Positions 20,367 through 30,160 of a DNA stretch of 64,000 nucleotides are shown one piece after another. The stretch comes from an uncultured Acidobacteriota bacterium (GTDB lineage Bacteria; Acidobacteriota; Thermoanaerobaculia; UBA5066; Gp7-AA6): assembly GCA_963764715.1 (NCBI GenBank), contig CAVXTP010000009.1, positions 131,199 to 195,198 of the forward strand, read 5' to 3'. The notes beneath the pieces are model-generated. The model saw nothing but the letters and a program-made list of their open reading frames with translations. It ran no database searches and was not told the origin of the DNA. Position 1 is the stretch's first letter; every line of letters begins with the position of its first letter. The position numbers and the translations under genes were made by a program.

Positions 20367-20460
20367 CAGTAAGCAGTAAGCGGTAAGCAGTAAGCAGGGC
20401 TGGAGATATCGGGAACTGCTTACTGCTTACTGCTTACTGCTTACTGCATACGGCTTACTC
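20367..20460. repeat. Inverted pair of heptamer tandem arrays, (CAGTAAG)4 ... (CTTACTG)4-6
   Basis: Directly visible in the sequence; the two arms can pair into a long hairpin. Confidence 0.9.
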
Positions 20461-20510
20461 GTCTCTTTCCTGAAATGCCGCCCCTCGACCCCTCTGTTAC
20501 CATCCTCACG

Positions 20511-21671
20511 ATGAAATCCAACCGCTCGCGGCTCGCCTTCGTGCTCGTGTCCCTCGGCGCCCTCGCCTCCCTGCGGGCGATGACCGGGCCCGAAGGGGCG
20601 GGACGGGACCCGGCGACCCGCGCGCTCTCGATCTTCTCGGAAGTCTTCTCCCTGACGCGCTCCAACTACGTCGAGCCGACCGACACCCGCGTTCTCCTCG
20701 AGGGTGCGTACGACGGGATGTCCGACGCGCTCGATCCGTTTTCCTACTACGTCCCGGCCTCGGCCATGGCCGCCTACAAGGCGCAGCAGTCCTCCGGGGC
20801 CGCGAGCGCCGGGATCGTCTTCGCGCGCCGCGGCGGGTACCCCTACGTCGTCGGTCCGCTGCCCGGCTCGCCGGCGGAGAAGGCCGGCGTCAAGGCGGGC
20901 GACCTGATCGACACGATCGACGGCAAGCCCCTCCGCAATTCGCCGTACTGGCAGATCAAGGCCGCGCTCGAGGGACCGGAAGGCTCGTCGTGCGAGATCG
21001 GCGTCTTCCGCGGCGGCGACGAGAAGCGCATCAACATCGCGGTGACCCGCGCCCGGTTCGAATCGCCTGCTCCCTCGACGACCTGGGAACGGGACGTCGC
21101 GATCGTCAAGGTCCCCGCCTTCACGCCCGCGACGGCGGCCGCGGTGAAGAAGGAGCTCGACGAGGCCTCGCGGCGCTCGATCGGAACGGTCATCCTGGAC
21201 CTGCGCGGATCGATCGGCGGAGACCCGGCCGACGCGGCGCCCGTGGCGTCGCTCTTCGTCGGCAAGGGCCCGATCGCCACCGTCGTCTCGCGCAAGGTGG
21301 CCGGCAAGGCGCTCGAAGCCGCCGGCGAGCCCGCGTGGAAGGGCCGCGTCGTGGTCCTGATGGACGACTCGACGGCGGGACCCGCGGAGGTCCTCGCCGC
21401 GGCCCTCCATGATCGTGCGAAGGCGACCACGGTCGGCGAGACCACGGTCGGCATGGCGATCATCCAGCGGAGCATCCCGACCGGCGAGGGCGGGACGCTC
21501 TACATGACGGTCGGCCGCTACGTCGCGCCCTCCGGCCAGGTGCTCGGCGGCAAGGGCCTGACCCCCGACGAGCGGGTGCTGGTGTTCCCCGGCGAGACGG
21601 GCGAGCGCGACCTGATCCTCGAGCGGGGACTGGACGTCGCGCGCAACGCCCCCGCCCGCAAGGCGGCTTAG
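20511..21671 (+). CDS. S41/CtpA-family PDZ protein with substituted catalytic residues
   Basis: LDPFSYY, PDZ segment GSPAEKAGVKAGDLI, DLRGSIGG. The catalytic motifs read TAGPAE and TTVGMAIIQ. Confidence 0.85.
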   Translation: MKSNRSRLAFVLVSLGALASLRAMTGPEGAGRDPATRALSIFSEVFSLTRSNYVEPTDTRVLLEGAYDGMSDALDPFSYYVPASAMAAYKAQQSSGAASAGIVFARRGGYPYVVGPLPGSPAEKAGVKAGDLIDTIDGKPLRNSPYWQIKAALEGPEGSSCEIGVFRGGDEKRINIAVTRARFESPAPSTTWERDVAIVKVPAFTPATAAAVKKELDEASRRSIGTVILDLRGSIGGDPADAAPVASLFVGKGPIATVVSRKVAGKALEAAGEPAWKGRVVVLMDDSTAGPAEVLAAALHDRAKATTVGETTVGMAIIQRSIPTGEGGTLYMTVGRYVAPSGQVLGGKGLTPDERVLVFPGETGERDLILERGLDVARNAPARKAA

Positions 21672-21691
21672 GCGGCGGGTCCGATTCGCCC

Positions 21692-22594
21692 TTGAAGCGC
21701 CGCGGGCGCCGCCTCTCGGGCGCGACGATCTTCTTCGCGCTCCTCTCGATCGCGCTCGCGGTCATTCTCTACGTCCAGACGCGCTGCCCGGCGGCGCCGC
21801 GGCCCTCGCCTCCGCCCACTCCGGGGGCGACGCGTCCCGCCCCGACGCCCCGGCGCCGCACCGCGAGCCCCTCCCCGGCGCCGCGGCCCGTCCGGACCCC
21901 CGCGGGCGCCCGGACGGCGCCCCCGCCCGGAGCCGCGCTCGCCGCGATCGTCATCGACGACCTCGGCAACGAGCTCGGTCCCGCCGAGCGCATCGCGGGC
22001 TGGAAAGAGCCGGTCGCCGGCGCGGTTCTCCCCGGCGTGGCCTTCAGCGCGGCCGCGGCCCGCGCCCTGGAGCACGGCGGCAAGGAGGTCCTCCTCCACC
22101 TGCCGATGGAGCCGGAGGGCTACCCGCGGGTGCGCCCCGGGCCGGGCGTGATTCTCCGGGCGCAGTCGGACGCGGAGATCGTCCGCGTCCTCGAGGCCGA
22201 CCTCGCCACGGTGCCCGGCGCCGTCGGGGTCAACAACCACATGGGCTCGGTCGCGACGGCGGATCCCCGCGTCATGCGCGTCGTCGCCCGCGTCCTCGCC
22301 GCCCGCGGACTCTTCTTCCTCGACAGCCGCACGACGGACGCGACGGTGGCCGAGAAGACGGCCGAGGAGGCCGCGGTGCCCTCGGTCTCGCGCCGCGTCT
22401 TCCTCGACGACGTCGAGACGGCGCCGGCGATCCGCCGGCAGCTCGACGAGCTCGTGCGCCGGGCCCGGGAAGAGGGGCATGCGGTGGCGATCGGCCATCC
22501 GTACCCGGTGACGCTCGGCGTGCTCGAGGAGGAGATGCCGGGCCTGGCGGCCCGGGGCGTGACGCTCGTCCGGGTGAGGGATCTCGCGCGGTAG
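21692..22594 (+). CDS. Divergent polysaccharide deacetylase (YibQ family)
   Basis: Motifs AIVIDDLG, LHLPMEP, GVNNHMGS, FLDSRT, AIGHP. Confidence 0.92.
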   Translation: MKRRGRRLSGATIFFALLSIALAVILYVQTRCPAAPRPSPPPTPGATRPAPTPRRRTASPSPAPRPVRTPAGARTAPPPGAALAAIVIDDLGNELGPAERIAGWKEPVAGAVLPGVAFSAAAARALEHGGKEVLLHLPMEPEGYPRVRPGPGVILRAQSDAEIVRVLEADLATVPGAVGVNNHMGSVATADPRVMRVVARVLAARGLFFLDSRTTDATVAEKTAEEAAVPSVSRRVFLDDVETAPAIRRQLDELVRRAREEGHAVAIGHPYPVTLGVLEEEMPGLAARGVTLVRVRDLAR

Positions 22595-22614
22595 CGGCTG
22601 TCGGCTATCCGCTC

Positions 22615-23391
22615 TCAGCGGTCGATCGTCGACTTCTTCTTCGCTTCCTCCCAGTAACGGTCGAGCTCCGCCATGCCGGTCTCCGAAACGTCCTTGCCCG
22701 CGGCGCGCGCGAGGCGCGCGACCTCGGCGAAGCGTTCCCGGAAGCGGCGGTTGGCGAGCCGCAGGGCGCTCTCGGGGTCGATCTTCCGGCGGCGGGCGAG
22801 GTTCACGACCGAGAGCAGCATGTCGCCGATCTCGTGGAGCTCCGCGGGCGCGTCGCCGCCGGCCGCGGCCTCGCGCCACTCGGCGAGCTCCTCCTCGATC
22901 TTCGCCGCCACGTCGGCGTCGCGCTCCCAGTCGAAGCCGAGGTCGGCCGCGCGCAGGGTCTGCCGGTACGCCGTCGAGAGGGCGGGCAGCGCCGCGGGAA
23001 GCGTGCGGAGAGGGTCATCCGAGGCGCCGGGGTCCTGCCGCTTGCGCTTCTCCCAGGCCGACTTCACCTCGCCGGCGCTCGAGGCCGGGGGGCCCCCGAA
23101 GACGTGCGGGTGGCGTTCGATCATCTTGCGGGTGATCCGGTCGGCGACCGCCCCGATGTCGAACCAGCCGCGCTCCTCGGCGAGCCGCGCGAGCAGGAAG
23201 ACCTGGAAGAGGAGATCGCCGAGCTCGCCGGCGAGGGCCTCCGGCTCGCCCTCGTCCAGCGCCGCGAGCGTTTCGTACGTCTCTTCGAGGAGGTAGGTCT
23301 TGAGCGTCTCGAAGGTTTGCTCGCGGTCCCACGGGCAGTCGCGCCGCAGCCGGTCGACGAGCGCGGTCAGGCGGTCGAGGCTCTCGGACAC
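22615..23391 (-). CDS. mazG: Nucleoside triphosphate pyrophosphohydrolase MazG
   Basis: Motifs CPWDREQT, EETYE, ELGDLL, RHPHVFG, GFDW. Confidence 0.93.
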   Translation of the reverse strand: MSESLDRLTALVDRLRRDCPWDREQTFETLKTYLLEETYETLAALDEGEPEALAGELGDLLFQVFLLARLAEERGWFDIGAVADRITRKMIERHPHVFGGPPASSAGEVKSAWEKRKRQDPGASDDPLRTLPAALPALSTAYRQTLRAADLGFDWERDADVAAKIEEELAEWREAAAGGDAPAELHEIGDMLLSVVNLARRRKIDPESALRLANRRFRERFAEVARLARAAGKDVSETGMAELDRYWEEAKKKSTIDR

Positions 23392-23466
23392 GCGCGGATC
23401 ATAACCGCCGGCCTTCCCTGCTAAAATTGGACATTCCCGGCCGCAGGGCAACAACGAGAGCACCCA

Positions 23467-23931
23467 GTGAACGAAGAAGACAAGCCGATCCGCGTCGTCG
23501 ACCGGCGGATGTTCACCGCCGACGGCGAGCTGCGCCCGGACTTTCAGGCGGAGGAGCGTCCCGAGCCCGCGAAGCCGCCCCCTCCCGCCCCGTCGGCCCC
23601 GCCGCCCCCCGCGGCCGGCGCGGGCCCGGCGTCCCCCGAGGGCGCGCCCGGGGCCGAGCCGGTCACCTCGCAGGCGTTCATCGCCCTCGTCAGCTTCCTC
23701 GCCTCCAACGTGTATGCGGCCCTCGGCGTCGACCCGATGACGGGGGAGAGGCTCCAGCGGCGAGAGCCGGCGGCCGCCCGGCAGATGATCGACTGGCTCG
23801 GCGCGCTCGAGCAGAAGACGCGGGGCCGCCTGTCGTTCGAGGAGTCGGACCTGCTCTCGCGGGTCCTGTACGAGCTCCGGTTGGCCTACGTCGAAGCCGT
23901 CCGGCCCCCCGGCCGGGAGCCGCCGCGATAA
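23467..23931 (+). CDS. DUF1844-like protein
   Basis: Motifs RVVDRR, ARQMIDWLGALEQKTRGRLSFEE, LYELRLAYV. Confidence 0.8.
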   Translation: MNEEDKPIRVVDRRMFTADGELRPDFQAEERPEPAKPPPPAPSAPPPPAAGAGPASPEGAPGAEPVTSQAFIALVSFLASNVYAALGVDPMTGERLQRREPAAARQMIDWLGALEQKTRGRLSFEESDLLSRVLYELRLAYVEAVRPPGREPPR

Positions 23932-23942
23932 CCGACGGCCGC

Positions 23943-25835
23943 GTGACCATCGCCTTGCGTTCGCCGATCTCCGCCATCCGACTGGCTGCGGCCGCCCTCC
24001 TCTTCGGCGCGGCCGCGGCGGGGGCGGCCCAGGAGGCGCTGTCGCCCCTGCCGCCGCCCGTCACGCGCAGCCAGTATCGCTCCCAGTGGTTCGAGTTCCT
24101 GTCCGCGTTTTCCGAGAACGACGCCGCCGGCGCCAACCGCGCCCTCGAGGCGATGCTGCGCGCCGGACGCAAGGTGGGCGTCTCGCACCTTTCCGACTTT
24201 TCGCGCACGGCGGTCTTCCTCGGCCGCCGCGCCGAGAAGCTCGGCCAGCCCGACCGAGCGGTGCGCGCCTACGACGCGGCGCTGAAGCTGGACGAGTCGA
24301 ACCCCGACGCGATCGTCGCGCGCCTCTCCTTCCTGGCGCGGCACGGACGGACGGGCGAGGCGCTGAAGGCCGCACCCGACGCGGCGGTCGCCCTGCTCTC
24401 GACGCACGAGGCCCGGGTCGCGATCGCGTCCTCTTTCGGCCTCTGGCTTTCGATCGCCATTGCCGGGATGCTGCTCGTCGTGATCCTCGCGCTGGGGGTC
24501 CGCCACGTGTCCCGCATCGCGCACGACATCGCCGAGGCCGCGCGCCGGACGTTCGGGAGGAGCGGCGCCGTGCCGCTCGGCTTCGTGATCCTGGGCCTCC
24601 CGCTCTTCGTCGGGCTCGGGCCCGGCTGGCTGGTCCTCTACTGGGGCGCCCTCCTCTACGCCTACGGCCGCCCGCGCGAGCGCGCCGTCCTCGCCGCCGG
24701 ATTCGTCGCGATGGCGCTCGTGCCGGGCCTGCTCGCGTGGATCACGGCCGCCAACGTCGAGCAGCGCTCGCCTCTCTTCGTCGCCGCCACGGACCTGGCC
24801 GAACGGCGCGACGATGCGAGCGCCGAGGACGGGCTGCGCCAGGCCGCGGCGGTTTTTCCCGAGGATTCGGAAGTCTGGTACCTGCTCGGGATCTACGCGG
24901 AGCGTTCCGGCGACCTCGAGCGCGCCCAGTCCGACTACAGCCGGGCGATGCAGGCCGATTCCGCGGATTACCGGCCCATCCTGAATCGCGGGAACGTTCG
25001 CTTCACCGAGGGCGACTACGGGGAAGCCATCCGGGACTACATCGAGGCGGCCCGACGCGAACCGAAGGCCGCCGAGACCTTCTACAACCTGTCGCTCGCC
25101 CGGGGGGAGGCCTACGACTTCGACGGGCAGGCCGCGGCGATGCGCCAGGCGCGCGAGGTCTCGGCGTCCCAGGTCAACTTCTGGACCGGCAACCCGACCC
25201 TCTCGCGCGTCGTCCCGGCCGGCTACACGGTCGAGCGGGCGCGCGCCCGGATGGCCCTCTGGGACGCTCAGCCGAAGAGCCGCCGGCTGCCGGGCCACGG
25301 CAGCTCCCGCGGATGGAAGCAGTTCCTGTCGTGGTGGTCGCTCGCTCCCCTCGGCGCGCTCCTGCTCGGCATCTACTTCGCGGGCACCTGGCGGCTCCGG
25401 GGCGTCGCGGAGGAGTGCGACCGCTGCGGGCGGCCGTTCTGCGCGCGCTGCAAGCACTGGGGAGAAACGTCGCCGTATTGCGCGGAGTGCTCGCGCCTCT
25501 CCCGGAAGGAGGAGGTCGACATCGAGGAGCAGGTCGCGCAGACCCGGTCCATGCAGGGGCGCGCCGTCCGGAGACACCGCATCCGTCGCCTTGCGTCCCT
25601 GCTGCTGCCCGGCTCGCACGCCATCGATTCGGGGCGCCCGGTGCGCGGGGCGGCGATCGCGCTGGTCTTCTTCTTCGGCCTCGGGGCCGCGATCCTGGAC
25701 GACCGGGTTTTCGACCCGTTCGCGCTGCCGCCCGAGGGGCCGCTCCGCCTGACGGTCGTCGCGGGCGCGGCCCTGGCGCTCGTCGTCTGGCTGCGCGCCC
25801 AGTGGGGGGCGAGGAGCGTGTCCGATGGGTCTTGA
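23943..25835 (+). CDS. TPR-containing membrane protein with a Cys-rich Zn-finger-like segment
   Basis: Signal peptide, TPR repeats, TM helices and CDRCGRPFCARC...CAEC. Confidence 0.8.
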   Translation: MTIALRSPISAIRLAAAALLFGAAAAGAAQEALSPLPPPVTRSQYRSQWFEFLSAFSENDAAGANRALEAMLRAGRKVGVSHLSDFSRTAVFLGRRAEKLGQPDRAVRAYDAALKLDESNPDAIVARLSFLARHGRTGEALKAAPDAAVALLSTHEARVAIASSFGLWLSIAIAGMLLVVILALGVRHVSRIAHDIAEAARRTFGRSGAVPLGFVILGLPLFVGLGPGWLVLYWGALLYAYGRPRERAVLAAGFVAMALVPGLLAWITAANVEQRSPLFVAATDLAERRDDASAEDGLRQAAAVFPEDSEVWYLLGIYAERSGDLERAQSDYSRAMQADSADYRPILNRGNVRFTEGDYGEAIRDYIEAARREPKAAETFYNLSLARGEAYDFDGQAAAMRQAREVSASQVNFWTGNPTLSRVVPAGYTVERARARMALWDAQPKSRRLPGHGSSRGWKQFLSWWSLAPLGALLLGIYFAGTWRLRGVAEECDRCGRPFCARCKHWGETSPYCAECSRLSRKEEVDIEEQVAQTRSMQGRAVRRHRIRRLASLLLPGSHAIDSGRPVRGAAIALVFFFGLGAAILDDRVFDPFALPPEGPLRLTVVAGAALALVVWLRAQWGARSVSDGS

Positions 25836-27090
25836 AGGGACGCTGAGGGTCTTCTCGCTGACCGACATCTTCCAGATGCTCGGGCTGCAGCGGAAAACCG
25901 GAGTGTTGAGCGTCGAGGGCGACGACGACACGATCACGATCTCGTTTCTCGGCGGGCAGGTCGTGGCCGCGGAGTCGACGGCGCGCCGGCTCGACAATCG
26001 GCTCGGCAACCTCCTGATCCGGGCGGGCTACGTGACACAGGAGCAGCTCGACCGCATCCTCGAGGTGCAGCGGGAGACGCGCCAGCGGATGGGCTTCCTG
26101 CTCGTGCGCGAGGGCCTGATCGATCCGCAGGAGCTGCGCGAGGCGCTCCGCCTCCAGATCGCCCGGATCGTGTACACCGCCTTTCGCTGGCCGGACGGCC
26201 GCTTCCGTTTCAGCCAGGAAGGCATGGTCGACTACGACGCGGACCACATGGCGCCGGTGTCCATCGACTCGATCCTCATGGAAGCGGCGCAGATGGTCGA
26301 CGAGTGGCCGCTCTTCGAGAAGAAGGTCGGCTCGCTCGCCGGGGTCTACCGGCGGGCGCCGGGGGTCGAGAGCCTGCGCCTCGTCTCAGGGGAGAAGGAC
26401 CCGCCCGAAGGGACGCTGTCGGTCTCGCGCGCCGAGGCCGAGACCTGGCGCTGGATCGACGGCCGGCACTCGGTCGCCGAGATCATGGAGCGGGCCTTTC
26501 TCTCCGACTTCGAGGTCCTCAAGGGCACGGCCGACCTGCTCGGCCGGCATCTCATCGAGGTCGGCCGCGTGGAGGAGGAGCCCGAGATCGCGCCCCTGCC
26601 GGCGCCCGCGGCGGCGCCGAGCGGTCTCTCGGGCAGGTCCGCGGCGCTCTGGGCGGCGCTCGTCGTGCTGGGGGCCTTCGCCGTCTACCTGATCCCGCGC
26701 AACCCGCTCAACATTCTGATGCGTTCTCCGGGCGACGTGGCCGAGGGCCGGGAGCTGCGCAAGGCCGTCTCGCTCAACGGCGTCGTCGCCGTCGAGCGCG
26801 CCGTGCGGATCTACTACGACTCGACCGGTCGCTACCCGCGCAGCCTGGAGGATCTCGTCGTGGCCGGCATCCTGGGGGAGGACTCGCTGCGCGATCCCTA
26901 CGGCCGGTTCTATCGTTACATCCTGCGCGCCGAGGACGGGAAGTTCGGGCTCTACGGCCGCAACGCCCAGGGCCAGATCGACCTGGACCTCTCCCTCGAG
27001 CGCAGCCTCGCTCCGGTGGCCGAGCCTCGTCCCGCCGCGTCCCGGCCGCCCCAGCAGACCGAGCGGCCCAGCGTTCAGGTGGTCGAATAG
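25825..27090 (+). CDS. DUF4388 (PatA-N) protein with a TM helix and a GspG-pseudopilin-like C-terminus
   Basis: GLEGTLRVFSLTDIFQML..RKTGVL and RLGNLL; C-terminal YYDSTGRYPRSLEDL..DPYGRFY. Confidence 0.8.
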   Translation: MGLEGTLRVFSLTDIFQMLGLQRKTGVLSVEGDDDTITISFLGGQVVAAESTARRLDNRLGNLLIRAGYVTQEQLDRILEVQRETRQRMGFLLVREGLIDPQELREALRLQIARIVYTAFRWPDGRFRFSQEGMVDYDADHMAPVSIDSILMEAAQMVDEWPLFEKKVGSLAGVYRRAPGVESLRLVSGEKDPPEGTLSVSRAEAETWRWIDGRHSVAEIMERAFLSDFEVLKGTADLLGRHLIEVGRVEEEPEIAPLPAPAAAPSGLSGRSAALWAALVVLGAFAVYLIPRNPLNILMRSPGDVAEGRELRKAVSLNGVVAVERAVRIYYDSTGRYPRSLEDLVVAGILGEDSLRDPYGRFYRYILRAEDGKFGLYGRNAQGQIDLDLSLERSLAPVAEPRPAASRPPQQTERPSVQVVE

Positions 27091-27100
27091 CGAGCTAAAA

Positions 27101-27166
27101 CATGAGCCTACGAGGCTTAAGTGGTATCCAAAAAAAGTTGACAACAGTACGCTCATATCCTATAGT
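27101..27166 (+). promoter_or_regulatory. dnaK sigma70 promoter with two HAIR-like (HspR) operators
   Basis: TTGACA (27138)-17 nt-TATAGT (27161). Operators CATGAGC-N7-GCTTAAG (27101) and GTTGACA-N7-GCTCATA (27137) resemble HAIR CTTGAGT-N7-ACTCAAG. Confidence 0.8.
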
Positions 27167-27201
27167 GGCCCCTCCAATCGGGTCTAGGAGGAGCAGGAAT
27201 C

Positions 27202-29103
27202 ATGAGCAAGATCATCGGAATCGACCTCGGCACCACGAACTCGTGCGTCGCCGTCATGGAGGCCGGGGACCCGGTCGTCATCCCCAACGCTGAAGGCAAC
27301 CGCACGACGCCTTCGGTCGTCGCGTTCTCCAAGTCGGGGGAGCGCCTGGTCGGCCAGGTCGCCAAGCGCCAGTCGATCACGAACCCCGCCAACACCGTCT
27401 ACTCCATCAAGCGCTTCATGGGGCGCAAGTACTCGGAAGTGACCGAGGAAATGAGGATGGTGCCCTTCAAGGTCGAGGCGGCCGGCAACGGCGACTGCCG
27501 CGTCCAGGCCGGGGGCAAGGACTGGTCGCCGCCGGAGATCTCCGCGATGATCCTCGGCAAGCTCAAGGAAGCCGCCGAGGCCTATCTCGGAGAGAAGGTC
27601 ACGCGGGCGGTCATCACCGTCCCGGCTTACTTCAACGATTCGCAGCGCCAGGCGACCAAGGACGCCGGGCAGATCGCGGGCCTCACCGTCGAGCGGCTCG
27701 TCAACGAGCCCACGGCGGCCGCGCTCGCTTACGGCCTCGACAAGAAGAAGGACGAGACCATCGCCGTTTACGACTTCGGCGGCGGAACGTTCGACATCTC
27801 GATCCTCGAGGTCGGCGAGGGCGTCGTCGAGGTCAAGTCCACCAACGGCGACACGCACCTGGGCGGCGACAACATCGACCAGCGCATCATCGAGTGGATC
27901 CTGGCCGAGTTCAAGAAGGACCAGGGGGTCGATCTCTCGAAGGACCCCATGGCGATGCAGCGGCTCAAGGAAGCCGCCGAGAAGGCCAAGATCGAGCTCT
28001 CCAACGTCGTGGAGACGGAGGTCAATCTTCCGTTCATCACGGCCGACGCGTCGGGGCCCAAGCACCTCCAGCTCAAGCTCTCGCGTTCGAAGCTCGAGCA
28101 GCTCGTCGAGGACATCATCGAGAAGTCCATGGGCCCGTGCAAGCAGGCCCTGAAGGACGCCGGCCTGGAGCCCAAGGACATCGACGAGGTCGTCCTCGTG
28201 GGCGGCCAGACGCGCATGCCCCGCATTCAGAAGCTCGTCAAGGATTTCTTCGGCAAGGACCCGCACCAGGGCGTCAACCCGGATGAGGTCGTCGCGATCG
28301 GCGCGGCCGTCCAGGGAGGCGTTCTCGCGGGCGACGTCAAGGACCTCCTGCTGCTCGACGTGACCCCGCTGTCGCTCGGCATCGAGACCCTCGGCGGCGT
28401 CACGACCAAGCTGATCGAGCGCAACACCACGATCCCGACCAAGAAGAGCGAGGTCTTCTCGACGGCCGGCGACAACCAGACGTCGGTCGAGATCAAGGTG
28501 CTCCAGGGCGAGCGCGAGATGGCCCGCGACAACAAGACGATCGGCGTCTTCCACCTCGTCGGGATCCCGCCCGCGCCGCGCGGCATGCCGCAGATCGAGG
28601 TTTCGTTCGACATCGACGCCAACGGCATCATGAACGTCTCGGCCAAGGACCTCGGCACGGGCAAGGAGCAGAAGATCACGATCACGGCGTCGTCCGGCCT
28701 CAACAAGGACGAGATCGACCGGATGGTCAAGGACGCGCAGTCGCATTCCGAGGAAGACCGGAAGCGGCGCGAGGAGATCGAAGCCAGGAACCGGCTCGAC
28801 TCCCTCGTCTATGCCTCGGAAAAGACCTACAACGAGAACAAGGCCAAGCTCTCGGGCGCCGATGCCTCGGCCTTCGAGGCGGCGCTCGCCGAGGCGAAGA
28901 CGGCCCTCGGCGCGGGCGGAGTCCAGGCGATGAACGACGCGGCCGAGAAGCTGCAGCAGGCCTCGCACAAGCTCGCCGAGGCGATGTACAAGGGCGCGCC
29001 CGAGCCTTCGGCGGGGACCGCCCCCGGCACCGGACCGGACGCCGGGGCCGGCAAAGAGGACGAGGTCATCGACACGGAGTACGTGGATTCGGAGAAGAAG
29101 TAA
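27202..29103 (+). CDS. dnaK: Chaperone DnaK
   Basis: Motifs [25 protein letters not shown]; SD AGGAGG. Confidence 0.99.
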   Translation: MSKIIGIDLGTTNSCVAVMEAGDPVVIPNAEGNRTTPSVVAFSKSGERLVGQVAKRQSITNPANTVYSIKRFMGRKYSEVTEEMRMVPFKVEAAGNGDCRVQAGGKDWSPPEISAMILGKLKEAAEAYLGEKVTRAVITVPAYFNDSQRQATKDAGQIAGLTVERLVNEPTAAALAYGLDKKKDETIAVYDFGGGTFDISILEVGEGVVEVKSTNGDTHLGGDNIDQRIIEWILAEFKKDQGVDLSKDPMAMQRLKEAAEKAKIELSNVVETEVNLPFITADASGPKHLQLKLSRSKLEQLVEDIIEKSMGPCKQALKDAGLEPKDIDEVVLVGGQTRMPRIQKLVKDFFGKDPHQGVNPDEVVAIGAAVQGGVLAGDVKDLLLLDVTPLSLGIETLGGVTTKLIERNTTIPTKKSEVFSTAGDNQTSVEIKVLQGEREMARDNKTIGVFHLVGIPPAPRGMPQIEVSFDIDANGIMNVSAKDLGTGKEQKITITASSGLNKDEIDRMVKDAQSHSEEDRKRREEIEARNRLDSLVYASEKTYNENKAKLSGADASAFEAALAEAKTALGAGGVQAMNDAAEKLQQASHKLAEAMYKGAPEPSAGTAPGTGPDAGAGKEDEVIDTEYVDSEKK

Positions 29104-29184
29104 GAGGACCGACCGCGGACGGACGGCAGGGGAGGAAACCTCTGCCGTCCACCGGTGGTCGACGGTAAACTTGGGTCAGCTCCC

Positions 29185-29634
29185 ATGACGGTTTTTCGCT
29201 GGAACTCGCTGCAGGACCTCTTCGCCATCCAGGAGAAGGTCAACCGCCTCTTCGAGGAGACGATCCACCGCACGGAGTTCCCCGACGACGGCCTCGACGC
29301 CGCGCTGTGGTCGCCGGCGGCCGACGTCTACGAGACCCCGGAGGAGATCGTCCTCAACATCGAGCTGCCCGGCGTCCGTCTCGAGGACGTCCGGCTCGAA
29401 GCCCTGGACGGCCGGCTCCGCGTCTCGGGCCAGCGCAAGTCGAACGGGGCCGAGCCCCGGCAGTTCGTGCGCATGGAGCGCATCTACGGGAGCTTTTCCC
29501 GCGATTTCCCGGTGCCCGCCTCGCTCGATCCCGAGGCCATCAAGGCGACCCTGCGGGCGGGCGTTCTGCGGGTCGTGGCCCCCAAGACCGAGAAGGGCCA
29601 GGCCATCCCGGTCGAGCCGCGGAGGAAGCGGTGA
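29185..29634 (+). CDS. Hsp20/alpha-crystallin small heat-shock protein
   Basis: Motifs PAADVYE, ELPGV, ERIYGSFSR, ATLRAGVL. Confidence 0.92.
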   Translation: MTVFRWNSLQDLFAIQEKVNRLFEETIHRTEFPDDGLDAALWSPAADVYETPEEIVLNIELPGVRLEDVRLEALDGRLRVSGQRKSNGAEPRQFVRMERIYGSFSRDFPVPASLDPEAIKATLRAGVLRVVAPKTEKGQAIPVEPRRKR

Positions 29635-30023
29635 AGTCCGGGGGCCGGGGGGGCGTCTTCCGCATCGGGGTCATCGCCGAGAAGTACGGCATCCACCCCC
29701 AGACGCTGCGGATGTACGAGCGCGAGGGGCTTCTGCGGCCGGCCCGCACGGAGGGGAATACCCGTCTCTACGACGCCGACACGATCGAGCGCCTCGAGAT
29801 CATTCTCACGCTGACCCGCCACCTCGGAGTGAACCTGGCCGGCGTGGAGGTGATCCTCCACATGAAACAGCGCATGGAGCGCATGCACGGGGACGTTCAT
29901 CGCATGCTCGAGGTCCTGCGGGCCGAGCTCGAGGGCCGGAAGGCCCCGGGGGGCGAGACGGTCGCCCTTGCCAAGATTCCGGGCCGCCGCTACGCGGCCT
30001 CCGGCCGGTCCGAGCGCGGCTGA
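29631..30023 (+). CDS. hspR: HspR-type MerR-family heat-shock repressor
   Basis: Motifs IHPQTLRMYEREGL, RTEGNTRLY, LGVNLAGV; GTGA overlap with hsp20. Confidence 0.88.
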   Translation: MKSGGRGGVFRIGVIAEKYGIHPQTLRMYEREGLLRPARTEGNTRLYDADTIERLEIILTLTRHLGVNLAGVEVILHMKQRMERMHGDVHRMLEVLRAELEGRKAPGGETVALAKIPGRRYAASGRSERG

Positions 30024-30028
30024 GGCCG

Positions 30029-30119
30029 GGAAGCAGGCGACGGGAGGCGGGCGGCAGGTTTCTTTCGTCCCGCCTCCTGCCTCCTGCGTCCTGCCTCCTG
30101 CCTCCCGTCCCCCGTCTCG
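30029..30119. repeat. Inverted degenerate heptamer arrays, (GGAGGCR)n ... (YGCCTCC)n
   Basis: 7-nt periodic units on both arms; same architecture as 20367-20460. Confidence 0.7.
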
Positions 30120-30160
30120 TAATAGAATCCCGCGTTCCAATGAACCGTTTGGGAGGCTTT

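Noticed and set aside
20367-20460. Possible CRISPR array
   Set aside because: 7-nt tandem units with no unique spacers and no cas genes.
22615-23391. MazG as an anti-phage or toxin-antitoxin component
   Set aside because: Housekeeping tandem-domain MazG with no toxin or defence genes nearby.
27095-27200. CIRCE/HrcA operator upstream of dnaK
   Set aside because: No TTAGCACTC-N9-GAGTGCTAA. The repeats have N7 spacing that fits HAIR, and hspR is in the cluster.
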